From the human T2T-CHM13v2.0 reference genome, Homo sapiens: DNA of 64,000 nucleotides. The stretch lies in assembly GCF_009914755.1 (NCBI RefSeq), contig NC_060934.1; one strand, given 5' to 3'. Shown in pieces: positions 1 to 17,943 of this stretch. Each line of letters begins with the position of its first letter. Position 1 is the stretch's first letter. The notes beneath the pieces are model-generated. The model worked only from the letters and a program-made list of their open reading frames with translations. It was not told the origin of the DNA and ran no database searches. The position numbers were made by a program, and so were the translations under genes.

Positions 1-212
1 CTCCTGGGTTCAAGCAATTCTCATGCCTCAACCTCCTGAGTAGCTGGGATTACAGGTGTGTGCCATCATGCCCGGCTAATTTTTGTATTTTTAGTAGAGA
101 TGTGATTTCTCCATGTTGGCCAAGCTGGTCTCTAACTCCTGAACTCAGTTGATCCACCAGACTTGACCTCCAAAAGTGCTGGGATTACAGGCGTGAGCCA
201 CTGCACCCACCG
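1..212 (-). mobile_element. Alu (AluS-like), cut by window edge
   Basis: Reverse-complement Alu consensus (tagctgggattacagg, gtgagccactgcacc). Confidence 0.95.
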
Positions 213-1960
213 CGACTTTCTCATCTCTTCTATTCCCTGCCTTTCCTGACCAGCCCAGCCTGGCCACCAAGTCTGTTTACTCTGAGTACGGCAAAAGAGC
301 ATGAGAAGAGGTTACAGAACAGTGAGCATCTCAGCTCACCAATATCCCTGACACCACAAATGTGCTCTCAGCCTTATCCTGAAGCTTTCCCTGGCCAGGC
401 TGTCACAGTTGCTGAGTAAGACTTTGCCAATGTCTCCTTCCTTCTCCCGTTCTGGGAACCACATTTCTTCAGTCTTGGGATGTTCCTCAGCACCATCTGC
501 TACTTGTTTTCATTGCTCAGTGCCAACTCAGTCTTCTTATCCAGTGCCTGGATTGAACTTTAGGGCATCCCAGCCTTTGGGTATAGGGTACGCTTTCAAG
601 ACTAAGCTAGAGCCTTTATTCTGTGGGGTTTTTCTCCCACAACATCTCTCTGATTTTCTATGCGGGGAGGATTCAGACTTCCACTGACTCCAGGAAACTT
701 GACTATCTGTGGTTACAGAAAGAAGGGACTGTTCATAGCCAGGCCAGATGTGACTTCAGCTTGTAAGATCATGAATCAAAGGCAAGGACAATCAGGGGAG
801 AGGCACTACACATCAAATCAGAAGTGAGCTAGGAAGAAAGGGGAGACCAAGAAAGGGGATGATCATTCACTCTGATCATCGGAGTGAAGTTGATCTGACC
901 TGGAGGAAAGCCTATGGCATCATGGAGAGCTCCCTGCTCAGTAGGGAGCTTGGAGGAATTAGTGAGTGACAAGGAACACACAGCTCTGACAGAAGGGGGT
1001 TGGGGGTTGGGAAGAGGAAATAAGCCAGAGTCAGGATGGAGGACAGGCTCTTGAGGGGCCCAAAGGTGCCTCTGCACTGTTCCCTGCACCAGTCCAAATT
1101 TGTGCCAGGCAGACTTCACTTGGTAGCAAACACTCTGGCTGCCAAAAATTCCTGAGGAGAGAGAAGGGCTAGAGGGCACAGGGAAGGCTTGTGTCCCAAT
1201 GGGAGAGTTACCGAGTTCGGTTTGGGAGGGAAGGAACAGCTAGGGCAAAGGGCTGGCCCAGCTTTCTCCCCTTCAGACACCCAGCTCTACAAGATCATTT
1301 TGCCTGGTGTGTCCCACAGACTGTAGTATAGGCTGGTTCCTCTGCTTCTCATTCCACTTGTCAGTTCTGTAGGCAGGAGGACTGGTACCCAGCAACAGCA
1401 GTCACCCACAAAGTAATCTGGTCCTCTCATGCACGTGGGCTGCACTCGTGGCTGGAATATCTGCAGCCAAGGTCTTGGCTCAGAAGTGAATGGCTCAAGC
1501 CCAGAAAAAGGCAAAATTCCTCCAAGATGGAATCAGCCCCTAGGAACCAGGCAGAATAGAGTAATACATGTTTTCCTATGCCCTGAAATCTGGGGAGCCT
1601 CAGCAATGCTTAAGACCCAGCAACTTGGGCTCAGCCTTTCCTGAGCGGTGTCAAGTGCCAAAGGACAAACATCATGCTAAAGTCAATTTCTGCGAAAGAG
1701 GTTACTGCATATGAAGAGATGGCTGAACCTTCTGACTACATCCTGAGAGCCTCAGGCCGCAGGTAAGGCTGCTTTGATCACCTGGACTCTCTCCTCTTGC
1801 CAGGGCATGGTAGAAGGTCTAAGGTCTCACTTAGAAGAGTGATTTCTTCCTATCCCAATAAAGCTGGCTTTTGCCAGCATGGTTTAGTTTAGTTTGTTAC
1901 AGGGAGGTGAGAGCAGAAAAGGTCCCTGAGCTACTAGCTCCTTGGAAGAAAACCAGAAGC

Positions 1961-2677
<717 letters not shown>

Positions 2678-3217
2678 TTCCCTGGCCCTTTCTTGTGGGC
2701 TTACTTCCTTTCTTCCTCTTATACCTGAGGAAAGTTGCCTGTCAGTTCATCTAGTCTCTGCTGTCTCCTGCCCTTGTCACTTTTCTTTTACTCACAAAGG
2801 AAAAAGACATTCTAGGCTCAGGCCTGGGCCCCAACCCATCCAAGACTTCAGAACACTAGCAGGTACTTGCCTGGCCTGGGACTTTGCTTTCTGTAGCTCA
2901 GACTTAAGGAACATGTCTCATTTGAGTCTCAGCACTGGCCTGGGACATGGTGAGGGCCACACTTAGGGAGAGGGCCATCTCCCAGAGCCTCTGCCTAAAG
3001 GCCTGAGGCTTACCACAATTTGCAGCCTCAGTATCTGCTTCCTGGCAACTCTAAAGGTCCTTCTCAGGTTGAAATCCCTTTCCAATCCGTCAGGTAACAG
3101 TCTACGCCCCCGCAAGCACAAGGCTACCTTCTTTCATCGGCCGTTGGGCTTGTGGGCTTCCTAGAATCATGCCAACCACCTCAGCCCAAGGTAGCCTCAA
3201 AGCCAGTAAGTCACCTA

Positions 3218-3745
<528 letters not shown>

Positions 3746-4174
3746 TGAACTCACCTTCCTAAAATGACATGGGAATAAAAGTTTTTAAGTTCCTGAATAA
3801 AAGTTTTAAGTAACATACAATTGATGGAAACACTGTCATCCCAATGGCTACACAGCTACCTAGACAGCTCCTATGACTCAAAAGTAACTACTTTCACAGT
3901 CCAGGAAGTACCTACCTATTTCAAACTGTCCCAAAGATTCTATGTGCGTAAGTGATTCTTCACCACAAAGGAACAACTTCTGGGTTCAAGTGGAAGACAA
4001 GGAATACACAAATGGCCTCAGTTTCAAGTATCTCATGCCCTCTTCTTTGCCTTAAAACACTTTGCCTCAACTTAGGCGAGGGGAAAACAAAGTGGGCAAT
4101 GTTTGGGAAGGCCTAAACATCTGCCCCTGAAGCCTCTGGAGGTAAGGGGCCTGAGAGGACAGCAAAGCCATCAA

Positions 4175-4400
4175 GAACATAGGATTGAGGTCAGAGACCT
4201 AAGTTTTAGTTCCCAGTCAACCACTAATTAGCAAAATAAATTTATACAAGTTTCTTAATGTCTTTGAGCCTCAGTTTTCAGTATCTATAAAATGAAGACA
4301 ACACCATCTACATCTTATAAGGCTGATGTGAGGATAACATGAGATTAACGATTGTACAATGCCTGGCACATAATCAATAGTCAATAATGGTTACTAATTT
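4175..4400 (+). mobile_element. MIR
   Basis: gagcctcagtttt...tataaaatg...gtgaggataa...tgcctggcacata. Confidence 0.8.
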
Positions 4401-4548
4401 TATAATGAAAGTCTTTCTGGTGACAAGGAGTATTTGGAGTTCTGGCTATCTCAAGATAGTTCTAATGATAAGCCAGGGGCTAGGGCCTCATACATCTTCA
4501 TTCAGCCTATGGCAGATTCTGGTGAAGAGGAAACAACACTGTCTATTC

Positions 4549-4854
4549 TTTTTTTTTTTTTTTTTTTTTTTGAGATGGAGTCTCACTCTGTCGCCCAGGC
4601 TGGACTGGAACGGCGCGATCTCGGCTGACTGCAACCTCCACCTCCCAGGTTCAAGCAACTATCCCGCCTCAGCATCCTGAGTAGCTGGGATTATAGGTGC
4701 ACACCACCATGCTGGCTAATTTTTTTTTGTTATTTTTAGTAGGGATGGGGTTTCACCATGTTGGCCAGGCTAGTCTCAAACTCCTGACCTCATGATCCGC
4801 CCGCCTCAGCCTTCCAAAGTGCTGGGATAACAGGCGTGAGCCACTGCACCAGGT
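4549..4854 (-). mobile_element. Alu (AluS-like)
   Basis: Dimer, poly-T, TSD aaca(c/t)tgtctat. Confidence 0.95.
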
Positions 4855-5674
4855 TAACATTGTCTATGCAATGTGAAAGCAAGCTTCCCACAATGACCTC
4901 ACCACTCTCAGTGTAACTAGCAAGGCATCAGCCAGAACTCAGAGAATGGCCAGTATAACTTTGGTAGTGCAAAGTGACACAGGTTATACTAAAGAAAAAC
5001 TAAGCAAAGAGGCCTGGCTTTGCATGATGCAGGTTGTGAGGCTGTTGGCCACATCAGGATCAGGATGTCTTCAAGACAGGAAGTAGATGAGATCCCAGTG
5101 AACAAGGTTAGTTCAAAATTGCTGACAAGGTTTCAGACACATACACACCCTAGCACACATAATATGCATTCCTCACAGACTATTCAGTACCCTGTGCTCC
5201 GTTTATTTCAGCAAGGCCTTTGAAACACAAAATAAATTCTACCCTGAAGGTAGCAGCGGCAAAACAAGAATCACCAACATGGAAAAGTTCCTGGCAATGG
5301 CTATTCAGTCTCAATGCCAGAGGGCTTTGCCTTGTGCCTGAAAAATTACTCCGTTTCGAATCTCTGTTGACCTGAATTCCCAGCAGAATAACAGTGAGAG
5401 GACACCTAAATAATAGGATGTGACCTGACAGCAAACTTGTGTTCATTACTTTCTTCTCAATTTAAGCTGACATCTACAGTTTAACCTGTTTGGGGAAAAC
5501 ATGTGAGGCTGCCACCAGCCCTCTCCCAACCAGGGCAACATGTATGGTCTTTCCTAGGGGCCAGGCTGCCAGATGAGGCTGAGACCACAAGATACTAACA
5601 GAGAAGCTTACAGAGACTTCTTACAGAATAGGAAGTAAACCAGGAACCTAACAGGATGGTAGTGGGGAATAAAG

Positions 5675-5885
5675 AGGCTATGAAATCAGAAACCTAGGTT
5701 CAAATTTTGAACCATCATTTACTAGTTACATGACTTTGACCTGGGTTTCAGTTTCCTTAATGGTGAAATAGTCCTAATACTATCTTCTCATAACATTATG
5801 AAGATTAGAGATAGTATACAAAATAAATATTTAAAAAAATGATAGGGCCTAGCAAATAGGAGGTGCCCAATGGATGAAGGCTATT
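5675..5885 (+). mobile_element. MIR
   Basis: acctaggttcaaat...tcagtttcctt...atgaagattagaga. Confidence 0.7.
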
Positions 5886-6063
5886 GAGATGGAAACAAAT
5901 AGAAAAAACGGAAATAGAAAATGGAAGTATCTGATGTGAGGGAGGGGAAAAAAGAAAAAGTGTCTGATGTATTCAAATAAAATGAATCAGCTGGTTACAT
6001 GGTAGCCAGGAGGGCCTGGAGTTATTCCTTGCATCTGAGGACAGTGATATGGAAAATCATACC

Positions 6064-6365
<302 letters not shown>

Positions 6366-6426
6366 ATCATACCTCTTTTTGGCCAAGTGCTACTACATGG
6401 ACAAAACCACAGAAATAATAGTTCTG

Positions 6427-6544
6427 GACCAGGTACAGTGGCTCACTCCTATAATCTCAGCACTTTGGGAGGCCGAGGTGGGAGGATCGTTTGAGGTCAG
6501 GAGTTCAAGACCAGCCTGGATGATGGAGTGAGACCCCATCTCTA
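6427..6544 (+). mobile_element. Alu left monomer / FLAM
   Basis: Left-arm consensus ending ccccatctcta. Confidence 0.9.
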
Positions 6545-6545
6545 T

Positions 6546-6692
6546 GTTTTATTTATTTTTTTGAGACAAGATCTCACTCTGTCACCCAGGGTGGGGTACA
6601 GTGGCATAATCACAGCTCACTGCACCCTTGACCTTCTGGTCTCAAGTGATTCTTCCACCTCAGCCTCCCAAAGTGCTGGAATCACAGGTGTG
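6546..6692 (-). mobile_element. Alu monomer (left-start/right-end hybrid, AluJ/FRAM-like)
   Basis: Reverse-complement monomer with poly-T. Confidence 0.85.
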
Positions 6693-6790
6693 AAAAAATA
6701 TATATATATATTTTATATATATTTATATAAAATACATTATATAAAATATATTTATGTATTATATATAAATATATTATATATATATAAAGA
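6693..6790. repeat. AT-rich (TA)n-like low complexity
   Basis: Seen directly. Confidence 0.9.
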
Positions 6791-6819
6791 AAAAAATAAT
6801 AGTTCTGGGAGGAGCCTTT

Positions 6820-6950
6820 GAAATCACTTAGCTAGTTCATGGCCCTTATTTCACAGAGGAAGAAATAAATGCCCAGAAAGATTGTAAATTGCCCAAAGTC
6901 ATAAAACTGGGATTATATACCAGAATTTTCTCTCAATCCAGTGCTCTTCC
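6820..6950 (-). mobile_element. MIR fragment
   Basis: atttcacagaggaagaaa...gcccagaaag...ttgcccaaagtca. Confidence 0.65.
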
Positions 6951-6952
6951 TA

Positions 6953-6994
6953 GTGCTCAACCCAGTGCAGGCTGTGCTCAACCCAGTGCAGGCT
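6953..6994. repeat. Perfect 21-bp tandem duplication
   Basis: gtgctcaacccagtgcaggct x2. Confidence 0.97.
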
Positions 6995-8174
6995 GGTCTA
7001 ACCTGAGGCACATTCTTGGGTTTACAGGCTAAACTTGGCCTTCAGAGACCAAAGATTCAAGGAATTCAAACTTGCTTCTCCTAAGAAGTTTGGAAGTATG
7101 ATTTGTGGAGAGCTAAGAAAGTAACCTGGTGAAGCCTTGATTTGCTGTTTGAGCTTTAATGACTACCCAGCTCCTTAGGGCTCCAGGGTTTGACAATTTT
7201 CAATACTAGCAGTTGAACACCCTGCTCAACCCTGTTGATAGTTGGTGTAAACCAACAAAATTTTACAGATCACTCCAAACTCATTGTCAGCAATATCTGA
7301 TTTTGGCTGCTATTTTGATTACTCAATACTCATTTTAGATGGAAGCTTGAAATTCAAAGGTCTTTGATCTTTAATTGGGCTTTTTAGGCCTCTGCCATCC
7401 TGTGGTCTTCAGGCTCGGGGCGGGGTGCTGAAAGATTCAATAAATCCCTTCTACAATGAATGCTCCTATCTCAAGGCTAATCTTCCATTTTCCCAAAGAG
7501 ACTGTCATCATTCTGTTCCACTTCCATGCAGTTCTGCTTTAACCCTGTCCAACTCCTAATCATAAAAAAAAAAAAATCTCTGGATGACTTGAAACAGATA
7601 AAGGAGTTAAAATGGAATCAGAAGGAAAAAAAGATAAAAAGGCTTTTTATAGGATTTTCATAATAATTTCCATCTATCTGTCCCACTGGATTCTTGATCA
7701 CTGTTCTACTTTAGCTGTTTACTCACTAGAGAATATGATTTTTTGAACCCATTTCTTCCACAAAGCAGGAAAGGACAGCCTGAGTCATCAAACTCTGAAA
7801 ACACAAACAAGAGCATCACCAGGCCAAGTCCAGACACTGCCCTTGCTTCTCCTTCCCATAATGTGGAGGGGGCTGGGCAGGCACTACTTATTCTGCAAGC
7901 TGATAATGGAGAAATAATGAGTTTGTTCCACAGCAAGTTGGGTAATGGAGTTTATTCCTCATGATGTTTCAGGATTTGGGACACATCTATCCTGGTGCCC
8001 ACAGAATCAAGAAGCAAGAAGTCTGGACCACAAAGTAGGTATACAGAAAAAAAAAAGAAGGACTGAATAATCAGGTTTGCTCCCCACACTACCTTTCTAA
8101 GCTGTTCACTGTTCTGACCTTTCTGACCTCCTGGTCCTAGCATAATTGTCTTATCCCTAAAAGAAATAGTGCTG

Positions 8175-8452
8175 GGCCAGGTGCAGTGGCTCATATCTGT
8201 AATGCAAGCACTTTGGAAGGCCGAGGTGGGCGGATCACTTGAGGTCAGGAGTTCAAAACCAGTCTGGCCAACATGGTGAAACGCCATCTCTACTAAAAAT
8301 ACAAAAATTTGCCGGGAGTGGTGGCATGTGCCTGTAATCCCAGCTACTCGGGAAGCTGAGGCAGGGGAATCGCTTGAACCCAAGAGGTTCAGTGAGGTTG
8401 CAGTGAGCCAAGATCATGCCTGGCAACAGTGAGACTCCACTTCAAAAAAAAA
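8175..8452 (+). mobile_element. Alu (AluS-like, small right-arm deletion)
   Basis: Dimer, TSD aaatagtgctg. Confidence 0.95.
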
Positions 8453-9254
8453 TAGTGCTGAGCATACCTTAGGCCTTCAACAATGGTCACTGGCAAATGG
8501 ACTGCTAGAGGGGAGAGGAAGGTCCAAGCAGCTTCAGGCAGTTTTTAATGGTAAATACACAATGAAATCTCCCTCTCATCATCCTGGAGAAATAATATCA
8601 CAACTCAAATATACCATTTGTCAGCCAGAAAGGCTGAAGTCATCTTCTTTCTAATACCCAGCAAATTTCCTCAAACTCAAAGGAAGACGACTTTTCCTAC
8701 AAAAATGAGAATGACCTACTCAGGGCATTGCCTAATTCTCTTCTCTGGATTTGTTATTGGGTCTAAAATGCTCTATAAACTTGGGCAAGAGACTGAAAGA
8801 GAAATGGAAGGTCTTATCTTTTATTTCCTCTGAAAGGACTAAATTTAGCCTCCCACTCTTCCTCTATTTTCCTAAAACCAGGCCTTTCCCAGAACTGGTT
8901 ATGTGTCTCCTAATGAGGAATAGCCCTCTTTTCTCCCAGAAGCAATAAAGGTCTGTCCCTAACCTTGCAATTTCAGCAGCCTAGGCAGAGCCTCTTGATG
9001 GCATTGTAACAATTATGTTAAGTGGTAGTCAGATGCTGGACAGCTTAGAAGAGGGATTCTGATAAGGGAGAAGCAAAAGCCAATTCTTCTTTCCCTAAAA
9101 CCCATATTCTTCCAAATTCAAGATTAGTTAAAGCTAAACAAGAAGCACAGCACTGCAAAGATGTTCTCTAAGTAAAGATCTTGGCAGGTCACTGTTGGGT
9201 CTAGTTGTACCTGGGTGCTGAAAAGTTCCAATTAGTAGCTAGTGATAGTCAAGA

Positions 9255-9490
9255 TGGCATAGTGGTTAAGAGCACGGCTCTAGAGTTAGCCTGCCTGGAC
9301 TCATATCCTATCTTCACCAGTTAGCAGCAGGATGGAGCTGGGTAAGCCTGTTTGTTCATCTTTAAAGTGGAAATACTAATAACTTCATCATATATAGCTG
9401 GTTCTGAGGACTAAATAAGACAATGTATTGAAAGCTTTCTATGCTTGGCACACAGAAAGCACTTAAGAAGTGTAGCTATTACTACTATTT
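9255..9490 (+). mobile_element. MIR, near full length
   Basis: tggcatagtggttaagagcacggctctagag...gaggactaaataaga...ttggcacacag. Confidence 0.85.
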
Positions 9491-11234
9491 TCTTTTGCCT
9501 TGATATGACCCTATGAATAACTATTTTTTAGGGCCTGAAATTGGGAGAAGTGACCTATTTCCACAGCTTCCCTTTCAACCCCATCCATAAATAAAAAAAT
9601 TCCTCTCATCTGTCCCCACCCTTTCTGGAAGACATTTGCATTCTACAGGTTTCCCAATGAGGGATTTCCTGTGGAGGAAAGAATATACTGCTTTAGGGTT
9701 CGTGCATTAGCAGGTGGACGCAGGCAGAGTGGCAGGCCCTCTCCTAGAGAAACAACATGCCATTACGACTGATTTCCTCACTGAAATCTCTCATAGCTAG
9801 ATGCTTAGCACTCTGAAGGAGGCTCAGTGTGACATTATGGATTTTCATAATGTCTAACAGAGTCCTAAGAAACAACAAACAGTCAACATGTTTGCTGACT
9901 AATTTAGTAACACAGGCCCAACCAAAAAAGAAAGTAATCTCTCATCAAGGTCACGTGGTAAGATTAGAGTTAGACCCTGATGTACCTTCTGCACTGTTCT
10001 CAGCATTCTTTGACAGGCTTCAAAAGCCCTCAGAGCCAAGTCTTGCCTTTACGGAGCTAACATGCAAACTGAGGAATCAAGATAAACCACCATCAACAGG
10101 CACACCCACAGATGTAAGGACATAGAAGGTTGAGCCAGTAACACTAAGTATGGTTTGGAGTCAGCTGCTTAACTGACCAGTGAATGGGCAGCTAGATTGA
10201 GATAGTGTCACACCTTCTAAGACTGGGAAAATAAGGAACCCAAGGTTTTTTCTCTTTTGTTTACCACCTCTTCCTCTTTACATTACTGTAGTAGCTAATT
10301 GTGAGTGCAAAATTCTACACAAGTGTAGCAGGGCCCCTGAGACAGCAGCTGCAGGAAGGACCAACCATTAGCTTGGACATATCTGTGACTGACACTGACA
10401 GCCTAGACTCCATCAGGGCAATCACCTGAAAGGCAGATTCTTCAAGGCTCAGCCCTGACACTGAAATAAATAAATCCTGTACAAAAGATGAGCAAAAGAT
10501 GAAACGAATGGGAGAGGATGTCACTCTACTCTCAAAATATACAAGCTATAGCTATGGTTTCTCAGAAATTATGTTTGATCCATTCTGAAATGACTTTCTG
10601 AGGTGTGTTCAATGTAGCGATGGATTCCAACTGCATAAATTCAGCTCAGCTGTGCAGTGTACTTATTAGATAACTGTCCAAAACAATCTAAGCAGAGAAA
10701 CATGGTGATCTTTGAGCAGCCAGGTTCAAAGAGTTGCTGAGCCATTTTTAGCACTTGTTTGCATATAGCAACCAAAAGAGTTGTATCTCAGACAACAAGG
10801 AAAACAATTAGATTCATGAGCTCCAATGCTAACTAGTACCCAGAGGAGACTGTTAAATTCCTTTAAATGCTATCGGCTTACCCCTCTGGTCCATGGGCAG
10901 ATGGAGGGTCTCAAAGAGACACAGTGACCAAGCAGACAGTTAAAAGGATAAAATATTAGAGACCCAAAAGCTTCAGGTTCAAACTCTCCTTACTGTTGAG
11001 AGATATGAAGGTTGAGCCTTTGTAAATGATCAATGTTAGTTAAGGCTAGCACTTGGACCCAAGAATAGATGGAAAAAAAACGGGGAAAGGGAATATCAGA
11101 AATGTTTTAGTAAATTATCTTAAAAAGGACATAAAAATGCTCACTATATATACCATTTCCAACACCCATTTGAGACTTCCCTCTGTAGTAACTGAGAAAA
11201 GAGGAGGGAAGAAAGAGAATGAAGTAGGTGGAGA

Positions 11235-11275
11235 TGATATATATAGATATAGATATAGATATATAGATATAGATG
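11235..11275. repeat. (ATAGAT)n microsatellite
   Basis: Seen directly. Confidence 0.9.
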
Positions 11276-12449
11276 AATAGTTAATATAAGGGAAGGTTCT
11301 CTGAAAAATATGTGAAATTCAAAAAATTCAGTTGGGCAACTCAGGGTATGCAGTATTTTAAAGTAGTTCAGAACTTCCACTTGATAGAGTAACTGAGAAC
11401 TGGGAAACAATTCTTGTCAGATACTGGATATCAGGCAGTGCAGGACAGGAATCCTAAGAGAAGGAAAACAAGGAGAACTTGAAGGTCCTGCCAAGCTAAG
11501 GAGACATATAGGTGTTTGGGGAGGCAGACTATCAAAGAGAAGGGAGACAGGCCGAGAAGGAGCTTCAGAAATTTTCAAAGTGTTCCTACTGAATTTGTTC
11601 CTAAATATTAATAATATGGATTGCATATGTTGGGTCTGACTCAACTAGGTCAGACAAAAATTATCTGAGAATTTGTAAGCTGAACAATTCTCAGAGTTCA
11701 CAGAGGGCTGGGAGATGTTTGAATTTTGACTAACCAGAATGAAGAGTACCTGTTGAATACCTAGGGCATTCAAACAAGATGCCACAATAGTTACACCCGA
11801 GCAGTGGCACTAAACTAGCCCTAGAGTAAAGGCTACTTTAAACTAACCCAAATGAAGATTTCAAAAATGTGTCAGAAGGATTGTACTACTCCATAAATAT
11901 TTTATCTGCCTTCCTGAATAAAGTCCAATATAATTTAAAGAAAGACAACAAAATCTAGCACTTAACTTCAATAAAAATAGCCAGACATATCAAGAAGCAG
12001 AAAAATGTGACCTATAACCAAGAGAAACAGCAGTCAATAGAAATAGACCCAGAAATGAGGGAGATGATGAAGTTAGCAACAAGGACATTTAAAGAGCTAT
12101 TATTTTAAAGACCCATTAACATAATAAAGAGAAAAATGGTAGATATAAGGCACATTGTAATGAAACTAGTGTTAAAGGAAGAATAGTAAAATCAGCTAGA
12201 GAAAAAAAGACACATTATGTATAGAGGAACAAAGATAAGAGTTCACATTGCTTGCCAGAAAATATGTAAGCCAGAAGACAATGTAATAATAATATTTGTG
12301 CTGACAGGAAAAAAAATAGTTAACTTAGAATCCTACGTCCAGCAAAAACATCATTCAGAAATGAGAGTAAAATAAAGACATTTTCAAACAATCTGAGAGA
12401 ATGTGTTGCCAAAAGTCCTGTACTACAAGAGATATTAAAAGAAGTTCTT

Positions 12450-13100
<651 letters not shown>

Positions 13101-13293
13101 TCACCTGTATCTATAAATAATAATAAAGAGCACTAGAAATAGTAAATACATGGGTAAACAGAAATTATTTTTACACAAATTTAAAATGTATGACAACAAT
13201 AGTACCAATGAAAGAATAGGGCAAATGGAAACATACTATTACAAGGTTTTCACATGTAACGTGAAATAATACATTATTTTGAAGGTGCACTAT

Positions 13294-13589
<296 letters not shown>

Positions 13590-13892
13590 ATGAAGGTACA
13601 CTGTGATAAGTTAAAGATGTATATTGTAAGCCTTATAGCAACCACTAAAAAAAGAAAACGAAAACGGATAACTAAAATGTCAATAGCAGATATAAAATGA
13701 AATCATAAAAAAAAAACCCTCAGTAAAATAAAAAGAGGGCAGAAAAAGAAAAAGAACAATGAGTGGATGGGAAAAACGGGGGAAAGCAAGATGGTAGTTT
13801 TTAACTCAGTTATATTCATAAATAAGTTCAATGTAATACTCCAATTAAAAGGCAGGGACTTTCAGATTGGACATAAAATCAAGAGCCAATTA

Positions 13893-14251
<359 letters not shown>

Positions 14252-14640
14252 TTAATATCTGACAAAGGAAACTTAAAAACAAGAAATAGTATCAGGAATA
14301 TAGAGCAAAATTTTGTAATGATAAAGAGGTCTATTCATTATGAAGACGTAACAAACCCATACATACATGCATCTAAAAACAGTTTCAAAACTTTGAATGA
14401 AACAAAATCGATAGGCTAAAGAAGAAACAGAAAAACATATAGTTACAAGTTGAAGGTTTCCATACTACTTTCAGTAACTAATAGAACAAATAGGTAACCC
14501 TAAACAATATGGGTTTGAACTGTGTGGGTCCACTTATATGCAAATTTAAAAATATACATATATATTAGAAAGGTTTTTGAAGATTTGGAACAATTTGAAA
14601 AATCTCGCAAATTGTGTATCTTAGAAATTTTGAAAAAATT

Positions 14641-14778
14641 GGTTGTGCATGGTAGCTCGTGCCTGTAAATCCCAGCACTTTGGAAGGCCGAGGTGAGAGG
14701 ATCGCTTGAGCCCAGGTGTTCAAGACCAGCCTGGGCAACATAGTGAGACTCCATCTCTTAAAAAATAAAATAAAATTA
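14641..14778 (+). mobile_element. Alu left monomer / FLAM
   Basis: Monomer with A-rich tail. Confidence 0.88.
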
Positions 14779-14779
14779 A

Positions 14780-15893
<1,114 letters not shown>

Positions 15894-15969
15894 TCAGGAC
15901 TTTACAAACTCTCAATTAAAAGCCCTGACGCAGCTCAAAAAAAAAAATTTTTTTTTAATTATATTAAAG

Positions 15970-16312
<343 letters not shown>

Positions 16313-16449
16313 TTACTACCATAAAATATACACAAGTCTATTATAAAAAGTTAAAATTTACAAAACTCATGCACACAAACACCACACATGGCACCATTTG
16401 CAGCTGAGAGAAATGTAAGCAAACGTAAAGAGGCAGTATTAAATTATAA

Positions 16450-16803
<354 letters not shown>

Positions 16804-16876
16804 TAGCCATCTCCTGTTGCTAGTGTGGTGAGCTCAAGTGTGACTATCCACTTAAAATGCCCTGTGACGCTAATCA

Positions 16877-17239
<363 letters not shown>

Positions 17240-17873
17240 GCTATCTTTCGCAGTTCTCATATATTTTTCATGGTGTTTAGTGCAATAGTGTAAAACTTGA
17301 ACAACTCCATGGAACCCACACAAAGTGCCATGAGAGAGACTGAAAGTGCTCGCAAGAAGCAGAGAAGAGTCAGAGCATTACAAGAAGAGGCTGAATTGCT
17401 TGATATGTACCACAGACTGAGGTCTGCAGCTGCAGTCACTTGCCATTTCAAGAAAAATGAATCCAGTGTAAGGACAAGTGTAAAAAAAAAAAAAAAAAGA
17501 AAAGAAAAGGAAAAGAAATTTATGAAGCCATTCCTGCAGCTACGCCAGCAGGCATGAAAATCTTGCATTTTTTGCAAAATACCTTTTTATCTTGTATTGA
17601 AGATGCAGCTTTTATGTGGATGGAGGATTGCTGTAAGAAAGGCATACCTATAGACTCTAATGTGATTAGAGAAAAAGTGAAGTCATTATATGACAACTTA
17701 AAGCAAACAGGAAGGTGAAGAATTTAAAGCTGGGGAACTTAATATCAGCAAAGGATGGTTTGATAATTTTGAAACAAATTTGGCTTTAAAAATGTCAAGA
17801 TAACAGGAGAAGCAGCCTCTGCCAACCAAGAGGCAACAGATGAATTTCTAGACACTATTAAGAAAATCACTGA

Positions 17874-17943
17874 GATAGCAAGACCCTGTCTGTCTGTAAA
17901 AACAAACAAACAAAAACAAACAAACAAACAAAAAGAATGAACA
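17874..17943 (+). mobile_element. Extremely 5'-truncated Alu stub with (AAAC)n tail
   Basis: agcaagaccctgtct plus tail, between TSDs aagaaaatcactg. Confidence 0.75.

Noticed and set aside
409-1644. ORFs in unique sequence near the left edge, checked as a possible next ARMH3 exon
   Set aside because: No match to the ARMH3 residues I recall following SEEQ (VLEVVRANYD...) and no coherent splice-site pairs
1760-1768. Strong + strand donor CAG|GTAAGG suggesting an antisense transcript
   Set aside because: No matching acceptor, promoter or exon chain supportable from sequence
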